Below, one piece after another: positions 1 to 12,724 of a DNA stretch of 64,000 nt. Under the pieces are notes generated by a model. That model saw only the letters and a program-made list of their open reading frames with translations. It searched no databases and had not been told where the DNA came from. Source of the DNA: Octopus vulgaris (taxonomy: Eukaryota); contig OX597816.1 of the NCBI GenBank assembly GCA_951406725.2, forward strand, positions 46,252,001 through 46,316,000, read 5' to 3'. Each line of letters begins with the position of its first letter. Position 1 is the stretch's first letter. The position numbers and the translations under genes are program-made.

Positions 1-62
1 TCCGTCGATTTGCGTAAAAAACTTTTATGCCCTTTGTAAACTATGCCTTTGTGGCGAAGTTT

Positions 63-1276
63 GTGGCGAAGTTTCGCATGTCGTAGCACAGATTTCCGTC
101 GATTTGCGTAAAAAACTTTTATTTTTTTACATAAGTAATGAGAGCGAAAGAGACTAAGAGGAAGCGATTTTATGACGAGAAGGTTTCTCTTTGAAATCGG
201 CCTGTGTGTGTTTGATGGGGTGTGGGAGACAGACAGTATGTTGTGTAAGTGAAGTGCTTCTGTTAGTGTGTGCGAAGAGACAGAGAGAGTAATGTGTGAA
301 AGAGAGAGATAACTGATTTTTTACTCGGTGTATGTGTATATGTATGTATGCATGTATGTGTGTGTGTGTGTATGTATCTATGTATGTGTGTGTAAGTATG
401 TGTGTGTGTATATATGGCCGATTCATCGTAATTTTTTACTCGGTGTATGTGTATATGTATGTCTGCATGTATGTGTGTGTGTGTATGTATCTATGTATGT
501 GTGTATGTGTATGTATGTATGTGTGTATGTATGGTCGATTCAGTGTAATTTTTTACTCGGTGTATGTGTATATGTATGTCTGCATGTATGTGTGTGTGTG
601 TGTATGTATCTATGTGTGTATGTGTGTGTAAGTATGTGTGTGTGTATGTATGTATGTATGTATGTGTGTGTGTGTGTATGTATCTATGTATGTGTGTGTG
701 TATGTATGTATGTATGGCCGATTCATCGTAATTTTTTACTCGGTGTATGTGTATATGTATGTCTGCATGTATGTGTGTGTGTGTATGTATCTATGTATGT
801 GTGTATGTGTATGTATGTATGTGTGTATGTATGGTCGATTCAGTGTAATTTTTTACTCGGTGTATGTGTATATGTATGTCTGCATGTATGTGTGTGTGTG
901 TATGTATCTATGTGTGTGTGTGTGTGTAAGTATGTGTGTGTGTATGTATGTATGTATGTGTGTGTGTGTATGTATCTATGTATGTGTGTGTGTATGTATG
1001 TATGTATGGCCGATTCATCGTAATTTTTTACTCGGTGTATGTGTATATGTATGTCTGTCTCTTCGCACACACTAACAGAAGCACTTCACTTACACAACAT
1101 ACTGTCTGTCTCCCACACCCCATCAAACACACACAGGCCGACTTCAAAGTGAAACCTTCTCGTCGTAAAATCGCTTCCTCTTAGTCTCTTTCGCTCTCAT
1201 TACTTATGTAAAAAAATAAAAGTTTTTTACGGAAATCGACGGAAATCTGTGCTACTACAACCGAAACTATGCCCAC
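63..1276. repeat. Fold-back: ~210-bp inverted arms enclosing a TG-rich minisatellite
   Basis: 63-283 is the near-exact reverse complement of 1054-1276 (agagcgaaagagactaagaggaagcgatttt vs aaaatcgcttcctcttagtctctttcgctct). The spacer repeats ttttttactcggtgtatgtgtatatgtatgt at ~317, 432, 549, 732, 849, 1024. Confidence 0.9.
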
Positions 1277-1486
1277 TTGGTGGGTCCCCATAACCCAGTT
1301 ATTCACACTCAGAATATTGAGCGTTTATGGGGAAACCTGAAAAAATGCATTGTTCGTCCCGGAATGAGACCGAAGTATCTCAAACAATATGTCGCTAAGT
1401 CACTTTTTATACGGGCCATCTCACCGCCAACTCAGCGACTCCACAAGTTTCTTTTAGAAGCTGGAAAACTCTACCCATGTTCCTGA
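1277..1486 (+). pseudogene. Merlin/ISXO2-like transposase, C-terminal fragment
   Basis: HTQNIERLWGNLKK...YLKQYV matches the HTNxIExxWxxxK motif carrying the third catalytic residue (E) of IS1595/Merlin transposases. N-terminal part absent. Confidence 0.7.
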
Positions 1487-2754
1487 GGACTTGGAAGAAT
1501 TGTTTTTAGATGTTCAATCACCCTTAAATTTGTCTATCATGAAACGATATTCAACACATATTTATGAAACAATTTGGATAAATTTTTACAAGTGCACCTC
1601 CACGCAGTTCATAAAAAAAAACCCCTCGGATTTCTCGCTTGTAAATCACCTACCCTGGCCTCCTAATCTGCTGCAAACCCCTTATTTTTCTTCATAAAAA
1701 AGGGTGGGGCAGGAAACTGGAACCCCACCTCCCTAAAATTATTTGAAAATGTGCATAAATAGGATATATATTGTACAGGCCAAAACAAAACAAAAAAAAT
1801 ACATAAATGACAAAACACACCTTTATACACTCACTCTCTCTCCGTCTCTTTCCATAAAAAAATCGAAGAGTACTTGTTACCCGCTTAAAATTTCGGCGCG
1901 AAAAATTACTATAGGACAAAACTGTTTTGCAGCTTAGGTCTTATATATCCTAGGATCTATATATCCAGTAATTTTGGAAGGTATGTAAAAGATACTGTTT
2001 TAATACACTTTGACTGGTTTCACACAAACATTAACATGGTTTTTTTTATCCAGACTTCGTTACCACTTTGTTTATTATTGTTTTCAAAGTTCTTTGATTT
2101 TTCAGTCTAATGTAATCCACACTATAAAATGTATTTCTGCAGAATGTCATCTTAAAATATGTGTAAAGAATGGGGGCTGATGCAGTTTCGCACCTCACCT
2201 TCAAAAGTGCATTTTAAAAAAATAGCCAATTTTCAATTAACAGTTCACCAGCACTTTTCTCACGGTCACGGTAAAACAATAGTTTTTCTGTGACAGCAGT
2301 TAAATTTGCCGGATACCTTAAGCTAAGCAAAATAATGTCTTTGCCACTTGACCCTTCTAACCTCTTCTATTTCAATAATAGCTAGAATAGATATCACAGA
2401 CCTCCAACGAATTCTATTGTTGGAGAAGCGAGTTGGTGAAAACTCATTGACAGCAACCATTAGGGACAGAGGGAGAAAGAAGGTTATGAGACACAACATC
2501 CCTCGACTCTATAACTTTTACTAGCTCAATTTCTTTTCTCTTACGACATCATGCTATCTTTATCTGTGGGTTACTGCTACGAGAACGTGTACACACATAC
2601 AGGCCGAAATTAACTTTCCGTTTTTACCTTGCATACTTTTCCATTTACTAGTTATACATTCCAACCCGTCGTGGTTTTGGGTATATACAATGTAACAGTA
2701 AATAAATAACTTTTTCTAACCTAAACATTAACCCCTACATCTTGACCCGCAAAA

Positions 2755-3430
2755 TTCGGATCTTGTGAATTTTCCAAAGTCCTCTCCCCCACCGTCTTGG
2801 AAAAGATTTTTCCCACAAATTTCTTTATAATCGTAATGTATGCCGTTTGAAAGGTATTTCTATAAAAGTTCATTGAAAAAAAAAACCGCCATTTTCCTAA
2901 AAGTTACGAGGGAAAAGCTCGGATCTTGTGAATTTTCCGAAGTCCTCTCCCCACTCCCTTGGAAAAGATTTTCTTTATAAATCGTAAGGTATGTCTTTTG
3001 AAAGGTATTTCTATAAAATTTCATTGAAAAACCCCCCATATTCCTAAAAGTTACGAGGGAAAACTCGGATCTTGTGAATTTTCCGAAGTCCTCTCCTCAC
3101 CCCCTTGAAAAAGATTTCCCCCACAAATTTCTTTAGAATCGTAATAAAATTTCATTGAAAAAACCCCCCATATTCCTAAAAGTTACGAGGGAAAAGCTCG
3201 GATCTTGTGAATTTTCCGAAGTCCTCTCCCCACCCTCTTGGAAAAGATTTTCCCCACAAATTTCTTTATAATCGTAATGTATGTCTTTTGAAAAGTATTT
3301 CTATAAAATTTCATTGAAAAAAACCCCCATATTCCTAAAAGTTACGAGGGAAAAGCTCGGATCTTGTGAATTTTCCGAAGTCCTCTCCTCACCCCCTTGG
3401 AAAAGATTTTCCCCACAAATTTCTTTATGA
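2755..3430. repeat. Tandem repeat, 5 copies of a ~135-165 bp unit
   Basis: tcggatcttgtgaattttcc(g/a)aagtcctctcc recurs at ~2756, 2919, 3065, 3198, 3357, with a cctaaaagttacgagggaaaa linker. Confidence 0.9.
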
Positions 3431-4129
3431 TAACATTAACCCTGAAATGTTGTAATCCCATTACGTTGTTTACTTTTGATAAATGTATCGTTCCATATGT
3501 ATTCCTCTATACTGTCACAACATTGTACTAACTTGCAGAAAATCAAACTTTCCTCTAGAAAACCAGATAGGGTGTGTGATGAAACATCCTGAATTTGTTT
3601 TTACAAACATACAAAAGATACTTATACAACAGAAAATACAGAAACTCTTAAAATAGAATAACAAAAAGATCAATAATGTGTAGAAGTGCTTGGCGAGAAA
3701 GCAGAGACAGAGTCGAGAGTATCCTTTAGTCTGGTTGGGTATCACAACCTCTTTAGTATTGGGGACCAAGATAAAATGTACCTAAATAGTGTTAGGAAGG
3801 GTCTTGAGTATTGGCTAAAATGTTAAAACAGGAATGTACTTGTAAAATATAGAATTTAATTGAAGCTGCAACTTTCGGTTCTATGGGCGTTAGTTTTTAC
3901 CAAACTTGGTGTGCTGACTTAATGTAATGAAGAAGCAGTATATTTCAAATTTCAGTTTTCAAGTTTAAGTAGTTAGGAGTTATAGAGTTTTTAATTTATT
4001 TCCACTTAGGCCCTACTTTAGGAAATATCCTCTTCCTTTCCTTTTTATTTCTGTAATGCTAAAAACTTTGACTATATTAACTGTTTTTCAGAATAGTAGG
4101 CTTATCCAACTAGTGTATCTAAAATAATG

Positions 4130-5810
4130 TCTCATAAGAGAAGTGCTTGTGTCACTCAAAGAAACAAAAAAAAAAAAAAAAATCTGGACGCAGCATCTCA
4201 TGCAATTTCAAGACTAACATAGGAAAAGAAGACCTGTTCCTTTAGAAGAGCATTCTTTGGAAAACAACTGCAGGATACCAATGAAACTTCAAATTGTCAG
4301 TTGCTACCTGTTCCTTGGAGGCACCATCAAAGGAAGGAAAGAAAGAACAAAGGAAATTTCGAAAGAAGTAACCTTTTTTTTGTAGCAAAAGATTAAATTT
4401 CCCATATTTATCAATTCAAAATGTGCAAGCAAAAGTAGAAGTGCTGAATACTTATGATGTGTGTAAAATGAGGAAAATACAATTCATTGAAAGGAATTTT
4501 TGACATCACAAGGGAAAACGGTGAATGGCTGTGCAGTGAGGATAGAAGGTTATATGATCTTCAAATTGAAAGCAAGGGACTGGTTGGGTATGCAACTGTA
4601 AAGGCAGCCAATTCCAAAACTATCCATCCATCCAAAAGAGGAAAAGTGTCCTTAATGCCAACTTCAACCAGAGCAACTCCAGTGTCATTGTCAACGCCTG
4701 AAGCAGAACCTGAAAGCGAATGTCAAGTGTCCAAAAAATCAGATGAAGAATCCACACAAACAAGGAGAAAGTATAGCAAAACTGGAACTGCAACCAAGTT
4801 AGTAATATTTTCCAGGCTATCAACCCAAAAAGCAGCAACAGTTTGTCAACAATTATCTCAAGAAGGAATCAAGTCGAGACTCCTTCCCAATTTGGTATTT
4901 ACAGATTGACTATCAAAGAAGCTGTTAAACTAAAAAAGAAAATGAAGAAAACACTACATTTAGAAAACTGATCTTTGCATTTTGACAGTAAATGTATTGA
5001 TGACCAAGAATGCCAAGTACTTGTTTTAAAGAATGATCAGTGAGTTAGAAGCACTCCAATTACCAAAGGAAAAGCTGACACTGTTGTGAAAGGAATAACA
5101 ACAGTTTTAGATGAATACAATTTATGGAACTGTGTGAAGATGATTGTCGCTGATATGAGTGTGAACACTGGGAAAAGAAATGGCATTGTCATTCAGTTGC
5201 AAAGACTGTTTGCTCAAAAGGGTTTGAAAGAACCACAGTTTATTGGTTGTCAGCATCATATACTTGGTAGAGTTCTTCATGTTGTAAAGGATAACGGACT
5301 TGAAGGAAAAAAGTCATCTTCCAGTATTGAATATATATATTTATCTCAGAGCTTCTAAGTAATTACGAGAAACTCCAGGTTAATTTCAACAATGGTTAAG
5401 AAAAGATTACTGAATCAGCAGGATGGCGAGAAGACATGAAATTTCTATTTAATTTGATCAGAGTTTTTCGTTCCTTTGAAGAAATCGTAAAATTTCTAAT
5501 TCTGAGATAAATGTATATTCAATATTGGGAAATGACTTTTTTTCTCCAAGTTCGTTATCCTTTACAACATGAAGAATTCTACCAAGTATATGATGCTGAC
5601 AATGCAAGATAGAATTCTTGAGCAATACTAGCTCTTTTGGCATTTGTTCTTCTATCAGTGAAAAGAGTTTTGCTTCTCAATGTTTGTCGATTCATCTATT
5701 ACAGCTGGGCAGATTTTTGGTTTAATGGCCAAATGTTCAATGTGCATGAATATCAGAAGTTATGTGGTAGCCTGCAAGTTCATAAAAAAGCATTGAACTC
5801 TGTAAAAAAC
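4130..5810 (+). pseudogene. Frameshifted DDE transposase (hAT-like)
   Basis: Fragments LHFDSK, MIVADMSVNTGKRNGIV (decayed DTTxxNTG) and FIGCQHHIL (CxxH-type insertion-domain motif), spread over ORFs 4487-4909 and 5086-5358 with stops and frameshifts. Confidence 0.65.
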
Positions 5811-6088
5811 AGTAACCGCTCGACAACGTAAAGTGTACTAGCCATCTGAATGTGGCTAGCCACTGGGGGTGGGGTATGTATCACTTAGGTTTTCGAGGGA
5901 GGATGACCTCCCTTTGCAAATAACACAAGGGCACTGAAATTATGTCTAAGGCCAGCTGGTGACGTTGATCTCTTGGGGCTAAAAGCGTCAGTAACACCCC
6001 ACCCCCAGTGGCTAGCCCATTCAGATGGCTAGTACACTTTACGTTGTCGAGCGGTTACTGTTTATATCTCGTTCGGAGATTTATTAAT
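5807..6088 (+). mobile_element. Fold-back insertion, same family as 50705-51158 (Penelope-type pseudo-LTR derivative)
   Basis: Arms 5807-5875 and 5996-6063 are near-perfect inverses. The unpaired tail tactgtttatatctcgttcggagatttatt matches 51127-51156, and internal ccctttgcaaata...ccagctgg...ggggcta is also shared. Confidence 0.75.
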
Positions 6089-6790
6089 AATTTCAATTCA
6101 GTTATCTTCAAAATGTATAAATGCACTTTTATTCTACATCCCTATTGTTTACAAGGGTTTAGGTAGCTGTGGATCTGATGCCACTTAGTGATTATTGTTT
6201 AAAAAGCCCATAACTCTGAAACTATTTCAACTAGAAAGCTGAAATTTCAGGTATACTATTTCTGCATTGCACCGAGTCATCACACCAAGTTTGGTAAAAA
6301 CTTGAGCAGGCATTATGAATCCTGCTAGAATTTTGCATGATTTGGGTTAAAAGTGGTGATTAATTTCTTAAGTTAGAGGGTGACAATTTTTTATAAATAA
6401 AGCAAAATAAATGTTAGTTTGCTGACTTTTATGAAATTATTCATTGAATTACAATATAGGGTTATTAGATTGTGAAAAAGTCATAACCCTAGTGGTTACA
6501 TTTTGGAAAAATTACAAAACCATAAGGTCATTGCATTCAGACAGGATCTTCATTTGCACTCTCTTGTTTCTACATTGGAGAGGCAGCAATGCAGGGGTAA
6601 TACTCTATAATATCATCATCTGTGCTAGGAAGACAGTCTGGAAAGAACTCTAAACCAGTGTAAAAGTATTTTATTAAGGCTGCCACAGATTCTTGAATGG
6701 TTGCTGAAATGAGCTTATCCAGGTTTGCATTTTGTCCTTTCCATCAGCTGTTGTATGCATCTTTCACCATTACTTTATATATATATATAT

Positions 6791-7171
6791 TCTTTTACTC
6801 TTTTATTTGTTTCAGTCATTTGACTGTGGCCATGCTGGAGCACTGCCTTTAATCAAGCAAATCAACCCCAGCACTTATTCTTTGTAAGCCTAGTACTTAT
6901 TCTATCGGTCTCTTTGGCTGAACCGCTAGGTTAAGGGGATGCAAATACACCAACATCGGTTGTCAAGTGATGGAAAGAGTACAAATACAGACACACAAAC
7001 ATATGCATATATATACATATATATATACGACAGGCTTCTTTCAGTCTCTGTCTACCAAATCCACTCACAAGGCTTTGGTCAGCGCAAGGCTATAGTAGAA
7101 GATATTTGCCCACGGTGCCATGCAGTGGGACTGAACCCAGAACCATGTGGTTGGTAAGCCACTCCTGCGCT

Positions 7172-7172
<1 letters not shown>
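6791..7172 (-). mobile_element. tRNA-derived SINE, family A
   Basis: Same body as the 27540 and 53712 copies (gactgtggccatgctggagc...ctaccaaatccactcacaaggctttggtc...gtgggactgaacc). Confidence 0.9.
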
Positions 7173-7231
<59 letters not shown>

Positions 7232-7662
7232 TGTTATATTGTATTAACTTAGCCTACATGCACACACACACGCACACACATGTATATGTCTACATGAAAA
7301 TTCAGAAACTTCAGATGAAATATTTTGTCTTCTTTTAATTGTGGAACTTGAAACGAGTAAAGCTATAAATAATAGCATGTAACTGTTGGGTTAAAAAACC
7401 ATTTGGAGAGAAAAAGTCAAACAGTGTCTATGTATAATTGTGTGTATGTGTGCATGTCATCATCATGCAAGTAGCAGCATTCTTTTCCATCATCTGTGGA
7501 AAATGTCTAGCCAAGGAGAAATATTACCTTACTTAGAAATAAATGAGGGTTGGTAACAGGAAAGGTATCCAACCATAGAAAATCTGCTTTGGTGAATTAC
7601 ATCTGACCAAGCATAGAAAACTGGACATTAAAATAATGATAATGATGATGATGGTGATGATA

Positions 7663-7957
7663 ACTTTATATATAAAAGTAAGGTTGTGTGTCTGTCTCCT
7701 AAGATTTAGATTCCTAACTACTCCCAGATTTTGCGGTGCAGTTTAACCAAAACCGGGTATCTTATAGTTCTGATTCATATCGAGCCCTTCTGGGTATTAG
7801 CGCGCGTCTACGATGAGTCTACGATTTAAAAAAAAATTTACCATAATTTTTTTCCATTTTAATGCATTTTTTTGCTATTTTTTGGCTATAACTCTCTAAA
7901 AATGCTTATATAGTTATTTCCCTTACAAACCCGAGCAACGTCGGGCGATACTGCTAG
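7663..7957 (+). mobile_element. Non-autonomous Helitron
   Basis: 5' ctttatatataaaag; 3' hairpin cccgagcaacgtcggg followed by ctgCTAG|T. Confidence 0.8.
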
Positions 7958-8279
7958 TTGTATTATAAAATATCTTTATTAGTAATAAAATTACCAGTGT
8001 CACATTTGAACAAGAATAAGTTGGGAAATAAGATTACAGTTGAACAAAAATTCACAGCTATGGTTTTTATTATTGATGATAAGCCTCTTCAATAGGGAAA
8101 GACAGTGAAATAAAACTTAGTTGGAAAGAGAAGAGAAATCCTGGAAGAAAAGAAATTCTGGAAGATTGCGGAATGACTGCTCTTCTATAAATGTCATCAT
8201 TAAGTTATCATTAACTAACTTTGAACAATAAAAAAGCCGAGACAAGTGTTGAGTGGTTTGCAATATTATTCATATTTAT

Positions 8280-8655
8280 AAGGCGGTCGGCTGATAGAAT
8301 ATTTAACACACTGGCCAAAATGCTTATGTTCTGAGTTCTAATTCCACCGAGCCTGATTCTACCTTTCATCCCTTCAGGGTCGATAAAATAAGTACCAGTT
8401 GAGCACTGGGGCTGATGTAATTAACCTAAACTCTCTTCCAAAATTACTGGCCAACTGGCAGAATTATTAGAGCTCCATGCAAAATGCTTAGCATTTCATC
8501 TGTCTTTGTGTTCTGAGTTCAAATTCTGCTGAGGTCAACTTTACCTTTCATCCTTCTGGGGTTAATAAAATAAGTACTAGTCAAGTACTTGTGTCATGTA
8601 ATCGACTTATATCTCCCTCGAAATTGCTGGCCTTGTGCCAAAATTTGAAATCAAA
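8280..8655 (+). mobile_element. Two tandem tRNA-derived SINEs, family B
   Basis: Two units of ...ctggcagaat..ttag...ttctgagttcaaatt...cctttcatcc...ggggtcgataaaataagtaccag. Further B copies lie at ~13148, 20765, 24752, 25565, 41785, 42410, 43298, 54278, 55158, 58177, 58430. Confidence 0.85.
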
Positions 8656-9399
8656 ATTATTCATGTTTATACTCGAATGTTCTAGAATGTCCATCAAAAA
8701 TGTTTTGTTCCAGAAATGTCATCACTATTCCTTGCAGAGAATTTGATTCAATTCAATTAAGACAAGAAGTGCAAAATTCAAATGATCTCAGTTTGTTTAA
8801 TAAGCACATGTATGTGTTTGCATGCCCATACTGTATGAATTTATGTGGGTGGGTGGGTGGTTGGGTGGCTGGGTAAGTGTTGCTATGGTTGTGGATTATT
8901 AACACTTGGTGTTTAATCCATCTTGATATATTTAAATTTAAGCGAAATATAAAATGGTACTGTTGCTAAGCAAGATTACTAAAAATAGATTATTACAAAT
9001 ATTCAGGTTGAGTCCACAAGGGATGCAAGTCAATGAGGAACATCTGCTAGAAATAGCAGCTAACTCTCTCTTTATACCATATGTAGTCCTGGATATATTG
9101 TGGTACTGACTAAAAAGTGGGGAATTATTACAGCTTGCTGGAACATATTTGAGTATAGATCTATTGGATCAGACTTAAACCTGAAGCTAAGAATAAACCA
9201 AAAATTACTGAGCCAATTGATTTATGGGAACACTGGGGCTGATTTGCTCCATGATATCAGACCTTTGTAAAATTGCAGTTTTCTGCAAATATGAGATATA
9301 TATATATTAGTTTGTGTTGTTATTTAACCCCAGGTTAGACTTGATTGAACAGACATGTGATCAAAGGTGCTTCAGTTATGATCATCCAGTCTTTATTTA

Positions 9400-10656
9400 T
9401 CAGGTCATCTCATAAGTTCTGTCCGAATTTTGAATAAAGAAAACAAGTGATCAAATGTTATATTTAATTGAAATTTAATCATCAATGTACTTTCCCTGAT
9501 TATCTATGACTTCCTTCCATCTATTTACAACCTTTTCAATCCCATCAATGTAAAACTCTTTTGGTTTCAAAGCGAAGATCTCAGAAATGTCAGTTTCGAC
9601 CGCCGCCTGGCTTGCGAAAGTTATGTCCCCCAAATGATTCTGTAAACTACAAAACAAATGGTAGTCTGAAGGAGCAAGGTCGGGAGAATAAGGTGAATGA
9701 GGAATTTTTTCCCAACCAAACTCTTCGATCTTCTGTGATGTGATCTTTGCAGTGTAGGGTCGCGCATTGTCCTGATGAAACATCACTCCTTTTTGATTCA
9801 CTAAAGTGGGTAATTTTTTCGTCAAAACTTGGTTCAAATGCTCTAATTGCTGACAGTAGACTTGTGCATTGATTGTTGCATTAGGTGGTAAAAATTCAAA
9901 GTGAATTACTCCTTTGCAATCCCACCAGATAGAGAGAAGAACCTTTTTTCCATGAAGTTCCCTTCTCAGTTGTGGTTGAACTTTTTCCCTTTTACCAAGC
10001 CACTGTTTACGACGTTTAACATTTCAATAGAAGATCCATTTTTTGTCACCAGTCACAAGTCTATCTAAAAAGGAGGAAATGAGTTCGTGAGAATGGAGAG
10101 AAAAGTAGATGTCAACTTGGGATTTGCGGTTGCTTTCGGACAATTCAAGAGGCGCCCATTTTCCAAGTTTAGGAACCTTTCCAAGTTGTTGAAGATGATG
10201 ATGAACAGTTGTATGGTTTGAACTAAGCTTTATTGCCAATTCTTCAACTGATAATACAGCATTTTCTTCAATTAATTCTTCAAGGAGCTTGTCAAACTCA
10301 ACTGGACATCCTGTTTGATCTTTATCTTCAAGGCTGAAATCTCCACTTCTGAATTTTGCAAACCATCTTCTGCAAGTTCTTTCATTCAAGCATTCTTTCC
10401 CATAAACTGAGTGTATATTTTGAGATGCTTCAGCTGCAGATTTTCCTTTTTTTGTACTCCTGAAGCCATTATGTGCCTGAAATGCTCTTTTGATACTTCC
10501 ATGTTAGAAAGGGTTTTAATCAAAGAAATTTTAATTCTATTATTCTGTAAAATAATATTTAATTAGTTTAAATGTACACAGACATTCTAAAATACTATTA
10601 AATTTCATTCAGTTTTAAAAAAGGTAAAATCGGACAGAACTTATGGGATGACCTGA
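9400..10656 (-). mobile_element. Full-length mariner element (~1.26 kb) with TA target duplication
   Basis: TIRs tcaggtcatctcataagttctgtccga (9400) and tcggacagaacttatgggatgacctga (ends 10656), each flanked by TA. Confidence 0.95.
9475..10502 (-). pseudogene. Mariner (DD34D) transposase, disrupted
   Basis: RWFAKFRSGDFSLED, WAPLEL, VTGDKKW, HQDNARP, YSPDLAPSDYHLF. Split over several frames by stops and frameshifts. Confidence 0.93.
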
Positions 10657-10984
10657 TAAGTTATAATATATCCAGGACTATATTAGCCTGGATGCACACA
10701 GCTTCTCTTTTCAAAACAGTGAAGTGTAGTTTGATGGAAATTTGGCTGCTATTTCTTGCATTTGGAGTAACCACATAGAGAATCTTTCATTGATTTATGT
10801 CCTCTTCATCTTTGGCTCTTTGGTTGATACATATTGTTTATGTATGATATGTGTTGTGTAACTACGAACACATGGGCTTGTGTTGTTATGTAATGCTTGT
10901 GATGAATGTATTTCATTGTGTATTTTAAATTTGCATTTTGTTATATGTCATGTATATGCTAGGAATTAAGTTATGTAATTTATG

Positions 10985-11368
10985 TGTTGTGAATTATGAA
11001 TACATTATAATACTAATGAGCTTATTGTCATTTGTTGCTATGTACTGATGTAAATTATGAATATATTATAATAATAATGAGCTTATTGTTATCTGTTGTT
11101 ATGTGCTGTTGTGAAATATGAATACATTATGATAATAATGAGCCTATTGTCGTTTGTTGCTGTGTGCTTATGTGAATTTTTAATATATTATAATAATAAT
11201 GAGCTTATCATCATCTGTTGCTATGTGCTGTTGTGAATTAGGGATACATTATAATAATAATGAGGTTATTGTCATCAATTGCTATGTGCTGTGGTGAATT
11301 ATCAATACTTTATGATAATAATGAGCATATTGTCATTTGTTGTTAAGAGCTTTGTGAATTATAAATAC

Positions 11369-11412
<44 letters not shown>

Positions 11413-11722
11413 CAGGGACCTTTTGAGCGGGATGGGCTACTCAACCTGAAGAAAATTCTAACTGGGCCCCACCTGCAAGGTCATGTGCTGTTTATCTTGA
11501 TATGAGATCACCATGTCGCGCACATATAGTTGTGATGCATGTGCCTGGTGTACCCTTATCAGACGGGTAGTCATGATGGGTATATTGGGCTTCGTATATT
11601 TTACCCCAGTGTCACTTTGATGGCATGAACTGATCTCTCACTCAATAATAATAATAATTTCATTGTTGTGTTGCTATGTGCTGTGGTGAATTATGAATAT
11701 ATTATAATAATGAGTTTATTGT
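10985..11722. repeat. ~58-60 bp minisatellite interrupted by an (AAT)n-targeting element
   Basis: Unit tgtgaattatgaatacattataataataatgagcttattgtcatttgttgctatgtgc, about 7 copies to 11370, resuming after ~11660. Confidence 0.85.
11409..11643 (+). mobile_element. 5'-truncated copy of the (AAT)n-associated ~555-bp element
   Basis: Matches the 3' part of 48952-49505 and 54542-55097; flanked by (aat)n on both sides. Confidence 0.85.
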
Positions 11723-12000
11723 ATGAGGTGCTCAGGTATGCTACAACTCATCAGAAAACAGAAAAAGTAGGAACAGAAAGCAAACATATAAATTAACTAA
11801 AGAAAGACAACAATGAAAGCCAAAAGTGCAAGCACAGTATACGGAATAAAACGCGAAAGGACAGAAAAATGAACAGTAAAAAAGCCATTAAGAAGAATAG
11901 GGTGCATAGACATGTCAGCAGTGGTGTTGGAAAATTTCTAAAAAACATTGAATGTTTGCAAGATGCCGTGTCCTGACAGCTAACAAATGATTTATGTATT
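11720..12000 (-). mobile_element. CR1-like LINE 3' end remnant
   Basis: Minus-strand gatgagttgtagcatacctgagcacctcatac tail and ttgttagctgtcaggacacggcatc resemble 40810-40957. Confidence 0.5.
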
Positions 12001-12428
12001 GTTATGGACTCTGTGCATGTTTTGCATAATGTATACTCAGAATTATAAACACAATGGGTTATGCGCTTCTACACAAGTTGTAGTGGTTGTGTGATGTCAT
12101 ATGCGTTGCATGATTGTGTGCGTATGTGTATGATGTTATGTGCTGTTATGGGTTGTGAGTGTGATGCTCTGCAATGTCATGTATTGTGAATGTTTTATGC
12201 GTTGTGTATTGCATGTGTTGTGTGATGCAAAGTGGTGTATGTGCTGGACATATTGAAAGTACTGGTTTATGTGGTTTGAATGTGAGTTAGATGTGATATT
12301 ATGTGTTGTGTGCGTGTATGTGTGTGTGTGTGTGTGTTATGTTGCTAGTGTTGTGCAAGTAATAGGTAACCCTCTTCGAAGTTGAACCTAGAATGTTTAA
12401 GTTTGAAAGTCAAACTACTGGTGGCTAA

Positions 12429-12724
12429 TCTATCTAAATACTGTATATATAAAGCTGAAGTTGTCTGTGTATGGCAGGTTTGGTAGCCTTCAACAAACAC
12501 TATCTCCTCCAAGACCCTGCGGCGCAAGTTGACCAAAATTGAGAGTATGATAGAAGAAGGCTTGCTCTTCCTTCCGTAGAAGAAAAAATTCAAAAAAATT
12601 TCAACCAGAAAAATGTTCACTTAAAGAGACTAACAAGCTATATAATGCGAAATTTTTACTTTTCAAAAATTCCAATTCTAAAAGGTCAAAACAAATCCGA
12701 GCAACGCCAGGCGATACTTGCTAG
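12429..12724 (+). mobile_element. Non-autonomous Helitron
   Basis: A|TC 5' end (tctatctaaatactgtatatataaag); 3' ccgagcaacgccaggcgatacttgCTAG|T, the same terminus family as 7663-7957. Confidence 0.8.

Larger units (their letters stand above)
1..1966 (+). mobile_element. Right part of a Merlin (IS1595/ISXO2-like) DNA transposon derivative, left end outside the window
   Basis: Contains a transposase C-terminal remnant (1277-1486). Ends at ...ggtcttatatatcctaggatctatatatcc (1937-1966), whose reverse complement starts GG as expected for a Merlin TIR. The matching TIR is not visible. Confidence 0.55.
3894..6300 (+). mobile_element. Decayed DNA transposon with imperfect ~90-bp inverted repeats, hAT-like (hATm-type) transposase
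   Basis: 3894-3983 (tttttaccaaacttggtgtgctgac...) is an imperfect inverse of 6209-6300 (...gtcatcacaccaagtttggtaaaaa). These may be subterminal rather than true termini. Confidence 0.65.

Noticed and set aside
317-1050. CRISPR-like regularly spaced repeat
   Set aside because: Spacers are low-complexity and repeated, there are no cas genes, and the context is eukaryotic.
328-1075. Long V/C/M/Y-rich ORFs
   Set aside because: Translations of TG/TA microsatellite; the same applies to 13758-14371, 35689-36085 and 39455-40006.
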